Positions 36,001 to 48,407 of a stretch of DNA of 64,000 nucleotides are shown here, piece after piece; position 1 is the first letter of the stretch; every line of letters begins with the position of its first letter. The DNA comes from Cystobasidiomycetes sp. EMM_F5 (taxonomy: Eukaryota). The stretch spans positions 248,001 through 312,000 of the forward strand of contig JBPGPT010000011.1 of NCBI GenBank assembly GCA_051047955.1, read 5' to 3'. The notes under the pieces were generated by a model, which saw only the letters and a program-made list of their open reading frames with translations, did no database searches and was not told the origin of the DNA. The position numbers and the translations under genes were made by a program.

Positions 36001-36822
36001 CCAGCACGCACAATAATCTGACTGTGCCGAAAACACCGAGTGGCAGTAAAAAGGATCAAATTGACTGGTCTAGCATGGATCCGGAAGACCCGCTTGTTGC
36101 GTTGCATTTGGGAATTAATGCGCATGAGAAGGACGATCTGCAAGAGAGTGTCAAGTTGTTTGAGAAGTCGGCAAAGAAAGGCTGCGGGTTGGGTATGCTC
36201 ATGTATGGCTTATCTTTGAGGCATGGTTGGGTCAGTTTACAATCTCTTCGAAGCGTGGAGAGTGATAAGGCTGATGGTCTGTCTGCAGGGGTGTGAAAGC
36301 CAGCCAGAGTTTGGCTTTCAATATCTACAGCAAGCTGCTTCGACGGTCGTACCAAATCTCGACAGGGTCATTGCTGGTGAGGTGCAACTGACGGCAAAGG
36401 AAGTGGAAGAGCAAGCTACGCGGGTCAGTCGTGTGTAGCATGACGAGGATTGGTCTCAGAGGCTGATTAGACGTTACGTCCAGTCTGAGCTGGTTCTGTC
36501 CATATACGAACTCGGCCAGTGCTATCTACGAGGGTGGGGAATCACCAAAGACAAAAAGGCTGCTCTACGCTACTTTGAACTCGCAGCGGATCTCGGAGAT
36601 CCCGATGCGCAAAGCGAGCTTGGATTCTGTTATTCGACCGGCAGAGGGTGTAGGAAGGATTTGAAAAAGGCGGCAAAGTACTATCGCTTGGCTGAGAAGC
36701 AGGGAATCACAAGTTTCGGAATGCAGTGGATGTGAGTGTTCGAGTCTCCTGCACGGTTACACCATCAGTCGCTGATATCTACTACCAATTTATGCAGTTG
36801 GAAGTCAAAGTACGATGATTGA
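33014..36822 (+). CDS. Sel1-repeat protein, Dsf2/Nif1 family, long disordered N-terminus
   Basis: GMLMYGLSLRHGWGC, ELVLSIYELGQCYLRGWG, AADLGDPDAQ, KDLKKAAKYYRLAEKQG, WIWKSKYDD*. Confidence 0.85.
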
Positions 36823-38466
36823 CCGTGACCGCGAGTATTCGTCTCAGTATGGAGAGGAGGAGGAGACAGTGCCGCCTGTTGTTGACACTCATATGGTCAT
36901 GACACACAGTAACCTGGTAGTTTAGGAAGTGACATGGTGCCTGAAGAAAAGCTTGCCCCAATTTTCAGGGGTCTGAGCTTTTTTGACAAAACTAGTCGCG
37001 TCTCTCAAAAGACGCGTCACGGTGGACTGGAAAGGACGAAGTCTCGAGGCTGGATGCCAAGTGGATGTAAGGTTGGCAAGCTCAATACTATCTGATAACG
37101 TAGGGTTACTTACACTGTCCCACTTCATCCATGTCACCGTTCAGTCCTCCGTACCATACGCGCTCTTCCCCCACCCAATCGCTGACCGTTCCGAGGTGGG
37201 CCCTGCCATAAAAAAGTGACTGACCCAGCTTCTGTATTTTACGCGATTACGTTGAAAAGTCGCTGCGTGTAATGCCGTGGATTCTGGAAACGTCATTGTA
37301 AACGCTCATTGCGCTGTCCGAGTGACCATCGCAGAATGGACGCAATATTTCCCCAACAAATGGGATTCTGGGAAAGATTGGAAATGCCGTTTGGGCCGGG
37401 TACTCGAGCAGTCATTAGTAAAGGGCAGTCGTGTAAACGAGTACGGTCTTGAATAATCTTCCATTACTGCAAAAGAAGTAATTTTGGGGGGCCTTTCCCA
37501 AAAATGAGCGTCATTACAACTTGAGCGCAGCCACTACTAATACCTCGACGCACTGATAGCAAGCACTGCGATTCAGTCTACTTGCGCCCCGACTGCGAAA
37601 AGCTCAAAGACTTGGACATCTCGCACAGACCTCGTTGCAAAAAACGTCGTCTTTGACGCCGGCGCCAGTTCAGTTGACTGCACGCAAATTACTCTGCGGC
37701 AGCGGGCAAACTTCTGCGTACGACGACTGTTTGAATTCTGCGATATCGAGAGCTTTACATTCTGTTTGGCAATCCCGCAGCTTTGGGCAAGTTGGTGCGG
37801 ATTTGAGGGAAGCGCCGGGGCTGATTTGCGACTTGGGTTTTAGGAATATATCTGCACTGGCAGTGGTCAAATCTTGGATATACGCACACGGACACTGCAT
37901 CGCACGGCGTCGACGACACGGCGTCCGCATACTCTACCGACACTTTTGCAGCCCTCGTTCGAATTTGGGTACAGGAACTGGACTCGACTCGCAAAAACCT
38001 GCAAGCACAACCCAGACCGAGGCAGCTGGAGTCGCATGGAGGCATCCAATCAGTCGCAGAAGTAGACGTGACTGCGTAGTTGGTCGAATTCAAGGTCCCT
38101 TTGGCGTCATAGAGGCTGCTGCGTCCCGGCTGGAACGCACTGTACGCCTCGGGGCTCGCAGTCACTTTGATATTCCCAGGTCTCGTTCAGCTATCACTGG
38201 CAGTCTCGTTCATAGCAGTACCGCACCTCGTCTTGCATTCACTGCGCTCGTCGACTTTACTCATTCCGTTGGCATCGCTACCCTCTAATATTCCTCGTAT
38301 CCCCGGTCCGCTGGCCGGGCTCAGCGCACCCGCTGTCTTACGCTGCAATCACGCCTACATTTCAGTCTATAAATCAGTATTGTCGTGACAAGATCTAATA
38401 GCCACGTAGACTCTCCTAATCGTCTTCGCTTGGATTGTGCATACACGACTCGTTCACCTGGCAATC

Positions 38467-41400
38467 ATGACTTCAATTACACGTAGTCCCAGCGCCGAGA
38501 ACACTGCGCCTGTCACGCAAGGTGGAGGAAGGGAGCATAAGTCACAAGGGAAGACTACGAACACGATTGCATCGGCCAGGCTTCCACAGTCGATGAGCGG
38601 TACAGCTCCACCTCGTCATCAGCAACATTCGCAACCTGCCTTCCGACCAGCGCCGCATCAATTGCATCACAATCAACTCGCATTCCAACCGCACATATCG
38701 CCATATCAGCATATGCCACCTCCGCATATGAATGGTACCCCTTCACCTGTCAACGGCGTCTTGCCCAACGGACAATATCCTCCAGAAATGGCTGCGATGA
38801 TGTATGCTGCCGCATTTCAGCAGCAACAGCAGCATTTCCAGGCTCAGATGGCTGCTTTCACCAATAACAGTCCGCAAAACGATCCCCGGCAACGGACAGG
38901 GTCGTTCAACAACAGTCCTTCAGGCAGTAACCAGTCGAGTCCTGGTGTGAGTGGGTTCAATCCTGACGGCTATTTCGCACCACATCAAGCTATACCATCT
39001 CAACAGTCGCCATACTACCAACAAGGCGTTCCTTTCCCCAACTATGTCACCCCGCATCAGCATCAGCAAATGCACTATCCGCAACAGGCCTTCTATCATC
39101 CTCAGCATCATCCTCATCCTCACCCCCTGCACAACCCACACGGCATCTCGCACGCTCCTTTCGCTGCTATTACGCCCATGGTTCCACCTCAAGCGCCTTT
39201 TGCCGTCAATGCCAGATCGAACGCTAGATCTGCAAGTCCTAGCTCGACTAAGAGTGCAAGTGCGTCTGGGAGGTCTGCGAGCCCAGCTATCGAGCAGAGT
39301 GGTATGTTCGCATTCGCTCGTGAATGCTGTGACTGTACGAGCGCTGACTTTGTTTGATCCTCATAATGTCGGCACAGGTCGCGCACGGACCGGTTCTGAG
39401 ACTAGTGAAAATCGCTCGCACTACCATCCGCATCGCGGTCGCATGGACTCTACTTCTCCTATCTCCAATACTTCGTCAGCATTCGCGTCAATAGGCGGTT
39501 CTTCCAGACACGCGAGTCCGCATCATTCGCCACAATTATCGGCCATCCGTAATGGCTCACCATCACTGCTGCTGGCGCCGGTATCGCCAGCTTCCCTCGG
39601 GCAGCCAACTCATATACCTCTACCTCTATCTGCGAGGAGCAGGACAGATTCTCAGGCTTCATCACAAGCATCCTCGTCGTATTCTCCGTTTGTTGCAGTT
39701 TCGACCCGTTCTGCTTCGCCTGCTGCCAGCGATAGAGCACCGACACCCACGTCGTCCATTGCTCGTGTCGGGAATGGTAGGTCCACACCCACACCGCCTG
39801 TCAGCAGTGAACTTGCATCAAGCGTAGCCGTTCAGCCGAGCCCTTCTGCAGTCAGCATGCAAACTCAACGAAAAGCATCGTCGCCCCTCGCTCAGGGCTC
39901 CAGCGGGGCACAGAGTACCAGAAGTATTACGCCTACACAATCTCGGCTCAACGAAGCTGCGCCACAGTCTCCGAGTGATTCGGTACATGCAGGATCGGAC
40001 GAAACCACTTCAGACAATATCCTAGGTCACAAGGCTTCCATGTCTAATGCGTCTTCAGTTGCGACCAGCGTTTCTGCTGAGAGTCGAGGACACACTAAAT
40101 CGCATTCTGCGAGTGGTGGTAGCTTGTTTCGCAGTAAACTCCGGAAAGCACTGTCGCTTTCTGAGCTGAACAAGTACGACGATACGCCTCGCAAAGGTCA
40201 TGAGAGCGCCAAAGACAAGTTGGAGCAGGGTCGAGCCAGTCTAACGAGCAATTCTTCGAGCAGCGATACCTCCAATTCGACGACTGGCCCGCATACTCCG
40301 CCAAATGGAGCGAGTCTCATGCCGCGTGGAGGTTTGGCATCCGCATCCGTTACGAGCTTGAATACTCAGCTCAACGTAGACAGTAAGGCGACGATGAGCC
40401 ATGCTGGTGGTGTAGGCGCCTCGCCCGGTGGGATGGGAACAACTTCATTGCCATCAAACTCTGGAAGGCGTTTCGGCTTGCTGAATAGCAAGCTGAACTC
40501 GTCATCGGATAATCTCTCGATATCATCGACCGTCTCGTCCGCTTCAATGATGCTGCGCAAGATCGGCAGTCTGGGCAAATTGGGTCGTAAATCGTCTGTT
40601 CGGTCATTGAGTAATCTGTTTCATCGAGGACCGAATGACAGAGGTGAATCGATTACCAATCACAGTAATGTGTCTTCGGATGCAGTATCCGAATTTGGGG
40701 TTCCTGGAGCAGCTATCTCGTCATCGAAAGACAGGCCGAAAAGGAGTGGACTGTCTACATCGTATACTACATCCGATACCGCCGTCCCATCACAAAAGAA
40801 TGCGGCAGGCATGACCCCAGCCGCTGAGATGGTTCGCAAACACCAGGAGCGCGAGAAAGCTGAAGAGGAGCGTAAAGCTGCGCTAGCAGCTGCCACGTCT
40901 GCCGTTCCCATTCATTCGCCAAGGTCCAAGCTGCTCGAGAAGGAGAAGGAAAGATTGAAGAACGCCAATAAGGATGGAAAGAAAAGCTTGACAAAGAAGT
41001 TCAGCTTTAGTGCCTTCGCCAAGAACAAATCCGTTGCCGATGCTCCCACTCCTGCATCAACAGATATTAAGAACAGCTTGAAAACCGCTACCGAAGAATC
41101 GTCTGTGATCCCTGTTTCAGCTGGCTCGCAGGTCCTCGAAGAAGGCGCTGAAATCGACGACGCTCATCTCGAGCACGCCACGCCGACAGACTGGCGTCCC
41201 TCGCTGGACAACATCAAGCTAGATTCGTGGCGGCACAATGCAGATGGCGTTGCCGTCCCAGCGTCAGCTAGTCAGACCTCTTTAATCAACGGGGACGACG
41301 AAGGATTCGACGACCGTACGCCTCGACAGAGCATGGAGATTATGGGCGACGTGCCAGGTGATGTTTGGGATGGTGAAGCGCCAACGGCCTCGTTCTTCGA

Positions 41401-42279
41401 TGACGACACGGCTTCGTTCAATCAAAGCCAGGATGACTCTCATAGCAGTGGCAGATTCTTTCCGGAACCTGAAGACGTGTATGACGACGGGGGACATGAT
41501 GGGAGAAGCGGTCAAGCTATACCGGAACGGCCACATCCCTCTGCCAGACCTACTAAAAGTATTCTCAAAAGTAAGAGTTTTTCGATTTTGGTCCACCTTA
41601 CCAGCAGTGCTGACCTGCATTCTTGGCTAGCTTCTAGATCTTTCGTACATGCCAACGGGGGACACCCCAATCCTGCTTTCCTTCGCCAGCGAGCCAATTC
41701 GTACGATGCTCCACATCAGACTTCTGCGCCTAACAAGCCGGGAACGTTGGTCGCCCTGGCCCAAGTCATTCCGTCCGGGGAACAGATAGACGGCACGGCC
41801 GGGCATGCTATCACCGCGCCGCGACAAGATAACCGACCGACCTCTCCATCGTCATATAGCAATCATGTTGATCGGGATTATACATCCAACTCTTCCTCAT
41901 CCTCTCACTCGACGCAGCCCTATGCCCATCACAACTATAATACGTCTGAACCTGTTTTGGCACATTTCAATGCTCCGCGACCACAACCAAGAGCAATGAC
42001 GGCCTTGTCAGGCAAAAGGCGCATAGCGTTTGCGCAGAATTTGTCCGTTCATACCACATGGTCTGGCACCATTTATGACCGACGAGGCGAATTGGCAACG
42101 TGTAACAGATTGACGCCACAACTCGCGCAGCTCATCAAAGACGAGCTGAATACCTATAAATTGGAAGAGATGGAAGTCGTAAGTGATTCTTCGGCAGTCA
42201 TTCTCTTTGTGGCAGACATAAGCTGACAAGACGCGTACAGCATCAGATGAGCCGTGATTACACTCATTTTTTCGTTTGA
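38467..42279 (+). CDS. BNI4: Bni4-like PP1-binding scaffold
   Basis: KSILK and RIAF (SILK/RVxF-type PP1 motifs), YDRRGELATCNRLTPQLAQLIKDELNTYKLEEMEV|HQMSRDYTHFFV*. Confidence 0.82.
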
Positions 42280-42689
42280 GCCCCTTATGTGTTCTGCTAT
42301 GGCACGCACAAGGCCGGCTTCTCCCCACTTTTCGGGAGAGAACTCCTCTTGTGTAACAATTCCTGAACGCAAGGCTTAAGTCTGGCAGTTTCGCGCAGTC
42401 CCTATTTTAATCACGCTACTTCACGTTTCTTCTTACGATATCTACTATAAACTCGTGCTAGTTATGATCTGCTATGAATGCTGCAGCAAACCAGAAGTAT
42501 GCGAAGCCAAAAGCTAGAAGCGGTATCGCCGCCTTATTCAATAGCAACCGTTGTCATCTCTGTATCTACTTATCTTTCTCAGTGTCAGTGTGGCCTGCTC
42601 TAGGTCTGAAATGTTGCATTAGGGCTCGTGTCTCTCGCGAGCCAGCTCCAAGACGGTCGAAGCGCGGACTATGTACACGATATTTATCA

Positions 42690-45600
42690 TTACGATAGTG
42701 GGTATTCCTTCCTCGTATCTGCAAACAGCAGACGCGAGTCACTGATAGGCAGCCACCGACGAATGTGACCATTCTAAGTTCGCGGTCATGCAGTCAGTAG
42801 CTGTAAGCGGTCTTCCCATTATGATTACACTTACCCGTCTCGCCCACGTGATGTAGCGCACAAATACTGGCGATGTTGTGATCCAGGGATTAACCCGACC
42901 AAGCGTGTGCATGTTGCCGACCACCAAGATACGATTCTTAGCACGCGTCAGTGCAACATTGAGTCGTCTTGGATCGGCTAAGAAGCCAATATTTCCTCGG
43001 TCGTTTGCCCTTACGGTACTCAGCAGAATAACGTCTTTCTCGCGGCCTTGAAAGCCGTCAACTGTCGAAATCTCTAGCTTGCTGGCGTTGTTGCCGAATA
43101 TTTCCGCCGCTCTTGTACGCAACATGAGAGTTTGTGCGGCATAGGTCGAAATAATGCCAATGTCTTCGAGAGCTTTGGCAGGTCCGGACCCAGCATCAGG
43201 GGTATGCATTTGTGATACCAGATCCATGATGACTTCGACTTCTTGCGCATTTCCTATACTCAAACCGACCTGAGTTTCGGTACTGTCGTGATGAACAAAA
43301 GTGACGGCATCCTCAAGTGACGAAGCTTGCGCCGCGATCCGATCTTCGTGATCGCGTATATTACCGTTGTAGAACGCTACGTTGGGGAAGGCGGAGATAC
43401 TGGGCAGCATTCGATACTGCATGTCTAGCAGTACAGAAGGAATGTCTGCAACCCAGCTGTTAGTCCAGTCGTTCTGAGGGCGCATCAAACGCTCGCGCCT
43501 ACCTGGATCATGCATAAGGCGCTCGAATAGACTATCGTTGAGATGGGCGCTACGCGAGGCTTCGTTTCTAGCGACTGCCGGCAGCTGCTTGTGGTCTCCA
43601 ATGAGAGTTACATGACGAGCGCCCTTCATTAGGGGTACAAGCGTAGCGGGTTCGTCGCACTGTCCAGCTTCGTCTACGATAACGAGTGGAAAATCTGCTG
43701 TCGTCATGGTCCAACTCGTGGCGCCAATGCATGTCGTCAAGCATATATCGCTGCTCTCAATAAGATCGCTCTGAATCTCTTTGTGGACCTGCACAATCTT
43801 CATTCGAGCATTCTTGAGGTCTGCTTCGACTTTGGCTGCGAAGAACAGGTATGACGTGAGCTGATGATGCAAGAGGAAGATGACTTCAAACATACAAGCC
43901 GTATTTTGCAGCTGCTTCCTGATTTCTCGCTCTGTGAGATCGGTTTTTCGCTTGCGACTTTGGGGTACTACCGTGTCAAGCATTTGCGTATTGACCTTTT
44001 CCAACATTGTCTCCATATACGCCTCTTTATCCGTCGTAATCTGTAGACGGGACTGCCACTTATGATTTGCGAATCTATGGTGAAAACTATGCGGGAGCAC
44101 GTCTGCGCTAACACGCTCTTGCGACCCAAAGCGCAGAGGTTTGAGGCCAGCTTCTGCACATTTTGCAGTCAAAAGATCAACAGCGACATTAGTATGCGCG
44201 CAGACAAGGATGGGCGGGGCAATCGCGAAATGGTGCTTGAGAAGCTTGAGGGCAGCTACGATCGTTGCTGTCTTGCCAGTACCAGGAGGACCTTGGATGA
44301 GCATCATGCGATTCAAGATAGACATAGCCACGGCGCGTAGCTGCGTGTCGTTTAGATCAAGGTCCGGATCGCCATCAATCCGGCTGATGAGGATAGCAGA
44401 CAGTCAATAACAAGATGGTATTCACCGTGGTATGTTGCATTTGCATCACTCACACTGGATCATGCCGGCTGTATCGTCTCGCCCAACTCGCAAGTCTCTG
44501 GTCGGATAAAAGAAGGTCAGACTCATTCGATTTTGCTTCCTGTATGCTCTCGAGAGCTGCCTTCTTGAATTGAGCTGGCATTCTGAACCCCTCGGCTATT
44601 GCCTGTTGCGCATAGTCTTTAAGAATGACACCTCGAAGTTCGGTTCCTCTGACTTCCAGATTACGTGACCTTTGCATGGCATTTTCTGATTCACTGTTGT
44701 CTTCTCGCGCTTCTTTGGCATCACATGGCAGATACAACTCTACCGCAGCCAGCATCCGGGCGAAAGAAGTGTCATCGTATCCAATGTCGAGCCTATCGTT
44801 CCATAGTGGACAATCGTCAAAGACATCAACATAGCAAAATGCCATCGACATACCGATAGAACGGGTTTTTGCCATCATCTGCGTCCGCCGGCCATTGTCC
44901 CTTGATGACCACATCGATCCTGTCGGTATATGCGCGCTGCACATAGCCGCGAATAGGAACGTCTCTGATATCTTTCCACGTCGCCTTACTATCCTCGAGT
45001 GCAGGAACAGACCAAGCACTGCCGTTCACGCTACGTGCGCACTCCCAGATAAACACCATCTTGCCTTGGTGGAAATCGTTTGTAGGCAGTTGCTGACCGT
45101 TTGCAAAACTAAATGCAATGACAGTCTCGTTGGCGGGTTTACTGTCATACTCATCGGCGATCGAGTCGATTGAGACCGCTTCCCGTTCGATATCGGTTGC
45201 AACTTGCTCCAACACTTCAGGTTCCGTTCTGCCTGCCTTGAAATTTGGCGCGAGTGATGACGACTGTGCAGTGAGTGTCGGTACGACTACCTTTTCCTTT
45301 CCCTTTCCTTTTGTATGTTGAGAACGACCCTGATGCGCTCCTGTACGTGTCGCAGAGAGACCAGCTATATGCTGCGCTTTATCTGTAAAGGTCGAATTGG
45401 TATCGCCCGACGTCTTCTTCAACCGTAGCAGTACCGCATTTTCCGCTTCCGTTCGCTCGAGTTCGATGTATCGGACGAATCGCTCCCTGTACTCTGCGTA
45501 CCCTAGCATTGTTGCACTATCCTCGTCTAGCATGTTTAAGCGCTGCTTTCGCCATATCTTCTTCTGGCCATACATGTATTGGTGTACAGTAGAACGGGAT

Positions 45601-46367
45601 GGAGCAGTCAGCCGCCAGTCGTATCGATCCGTCAGCGATACTTGGTGGGGTTGCGGATGCGTTTCTGTTTCTGCTTTGCTTGGTGATATCCCTGATGTCG
45701 TTTCCTCAGGTGCTTCGTACGTTGGATTCCACATTGCGACCCTGTGCTGATGCCTCCATGCAAAGAAGAGATTGTCTTTGGATGTGAGAAACTTGACGGG
45801 GTTGATGGGTTGTAACTTTGAAGACGACACTGCAGTCCGAGCTTGAACTGATGCTTGCGTCGGAGCTTGTTGGACGGCGCTTGCGAGAGGGACAGCCACT
45901 TCCTTGTCGACATTGCTAACGCCTTGATCATTTGCACGAGTCTCCTTTGCAAGAAAGGTCGCAAACGATTGTGGCGTTCGATTCGACACTTTGACTGGCT
46001 TTGCCGTAACTGCGTGGACGGGTGCATTCTCAACTACTTGACCAAGTGAAAGGTCTACCTGCGGATCGGTTTCCTCTACCGTCGCCTCCTTTGCCTTCGC
46101 TCTACTCTTTGCTGAGTTTCTTGAAGTTTTCGCCTTTGTCACAGTCTGCACTGGCGGCCTAGCGGGTTTTCTGAGAGCGCCATCTGCGTCGCCAAACGAA
46201 GACTTGAAAGCGCTCGACGATGACGACGGCGGAGGAGGAAGCTGCGCCGGGTCGTGTATGCTGAATGGCAAATCAGCGTGCGAGGCATACTGTCTGGCTC
46301 GGAGATGATGGGCGAGGGTTTGTGGTCCAGCGTGTCGGAGGAGCTTCAGAGTCAGCGATTGAGCCAT
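42690..46367 (-). CDS. Superfamily-1 (DNA2/NAM7-UPF1-like) helicase with presequence-like N-terminus
   Basis: GPPGTGKT, AHTNVAVD, DEAGQ, GDHKQL, SLFERL, QYRM, TVDGFQGREKD, RLNVALTRAK; no Cys/His domain seen. Confidence 0.9.
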
Positions 46368-46518
46368 GTTGTATCCTGCGCAGGCACTGCAGGCCATGTC
46401 GAGCTGGGTTACTGCAAATGACACCTGCTTTCAATCAATGCGACGCGATCGAGGACTTTGGAGGCATTACAAGTAAATAAGTTACTCCCCAACTGACTAG
46501 CATGTATGATATCAAACA

Positions 46519-47754
46519 ATGAGCCTGGCTACTGGGGGCGCAGGACAGTCCCATGACACGCCGAGACGCAGCGGGGTCAGCGGGGACAGCAGCAAACAAC
46601 AACCCTTTGCACAGGCAGAGTACCGCAACCGCACTCCAGAGCCCGCATCTCGCTTGGCTTCATCGCATCAACAGCGAAGGAGTACCCTGACTCCCTCTCG
46701 GTACATCCCTCCGTCTCCCTTGCCCTCCGCTATCGCCAGTCTCGCGTCCCATCAACAACAGCACCATGCCTCGAGCAGCGCCAGTCAGTTACTCTCTACG
46801 GCCATTCCGGGCTACGCGGGGCTCAGGTATAGAGTCATAGCGAGCGATGCAGAGTTGAAGAGCGCAATGGACGCAGACTGTGCAGCAGTGGATGCGGCGT
46901 TGAAGGACCTGAGGATGGCAAAGAGTGACAGAAGGAGGAGGCACGAGGCGGTAAAGGTGGAACTCCTGCAAGAGGAGAGGACGCTGGAGAGCGAGTGCGA
47001 GAGGTTGCGAAGGGAGGGAGGGTTGATTGTCAAGAGTGGGCAGACCCTACACCCTCATCACTGTATGTATTGACTCGTGATGACCTTGCCTTCGATAGCC
47101 CTCGAGAAGGAGAAGGAAGAAGTCACAGAAGCGCAAACCACTGTGACCGAGCTAGAAAATCGAAAGAGAGCTCTGGCTGCACAGCTAAACGCCCTCAAGG
47201 CGGACGAAGAGGAATGGAGTGCCAAAGTTCGAGCGAGAAGGGAGTGTGCGTGTCATCGACCCTCTCTCACTATGCTAGATTTCTAAAGGTTTGACGCACT
47301 CCCTCCCGACATGCAGTCATTGCGCAAGAACAAGCTGCTTTTGATTTACAAGCTCAACAAGATGGGCCAGAATTGGCATTCTTGGAGGAAGCAGTAGGGC
47401 TAGTCATTACAGGTCTACCGAGTGAGCGAAGACACATCCTCAGCACTATCCATCACTGACAAAGATTACAAAGACGACATTGTCCAATTTACATATACGC
47501 TTGTCGACCCTGCTGATCATAAACGGGCATTTACGTTTGAGCTGGACGCGTCAAAGTCGACATACAGTGGTCAGTCATGCTCTGCGTGTTCGATTGACCC
47601 TTCTGACGGCGTATATACGTCAGTCAAATCGTCCAAACCGCCACTGCCTCCGGCTTCGGTACAGTCTGCTCTGTCGACACTCAACGAGACGGGAGATCTC
47701 AGTGTATACTTACATCGCATGAGGGAAGCCTTTGCTCAGCTTGTCAGGGAGTAG
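46519..47754 (+). CDS. SPC25: Kinetochore NDC80-complex subunit Spc25
   Basis: Coiled coil followed by VQFTYTLVDPADHKRAFTFELD..Y..PPL..LNETGDLSVYLHRMREAF. Confidence 0.82.
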
Positions 47755-48407
47755 GAGTTGTGTGTTACACATTGAGTTTAGTGCCTCTGTCGTTGTATTC
47801 GTCTTCTCCGCTCTCTTGCAAGACTATAATCCGCCTCGACTGCGACGATTTGAGCATTCTTCTGGCCCGTAACAATGCATCGGAATCAATGCACTTGGGT
47901 TGACATGGCCCGTGCGTTGGTCAGTGCGTCGGCAGGGTCATGGAGCCGCACAAAGACTGAGACAGAGGCAGCTGCGGAGAGCTCGAGCGTGCGATGAAGA
48001 ACATAACAAAGACATGGCCATTACTGCCAACACACGTACTCGCTGCTGATCCATCCCATCCCATCCCATTCCCAACGGCAACTGCCTCGCTCACTCGTCA
48101 GCACTCCACCGTCATTCGAACACTCGGACTCTGCCGCTTTTCCGTGCAAATGCGCCCAGAATTGCGCAAAGTGCACACTTGGAGTTGCCAGAGTGCAGCC
48201 ATTTCATTACCGCAATAATAAAGGGCTGCCTGCACTGTACGCGGGTCTGCGCTGAACACTGACACGGCGTCGGGGTATGCGAATACTCGGCTGATGCTGT
48301 CGTGATTGCAGCCATCCTCATTTCTCCCTTTATACTCTGATAATCCTTCCCTGGTTACGCCCCGAAAGTCGTCGGAATACTTTTACAAATCCCGCCCAAA
48401 GAGTGCA

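Noticed and set aside
37635..38388. 217-aa and overlapping ORFs upstream of BNI4
   Set aside because: Non-ATG starts and no recognisable composition or motifs; most likely promoter or 5' UTR.
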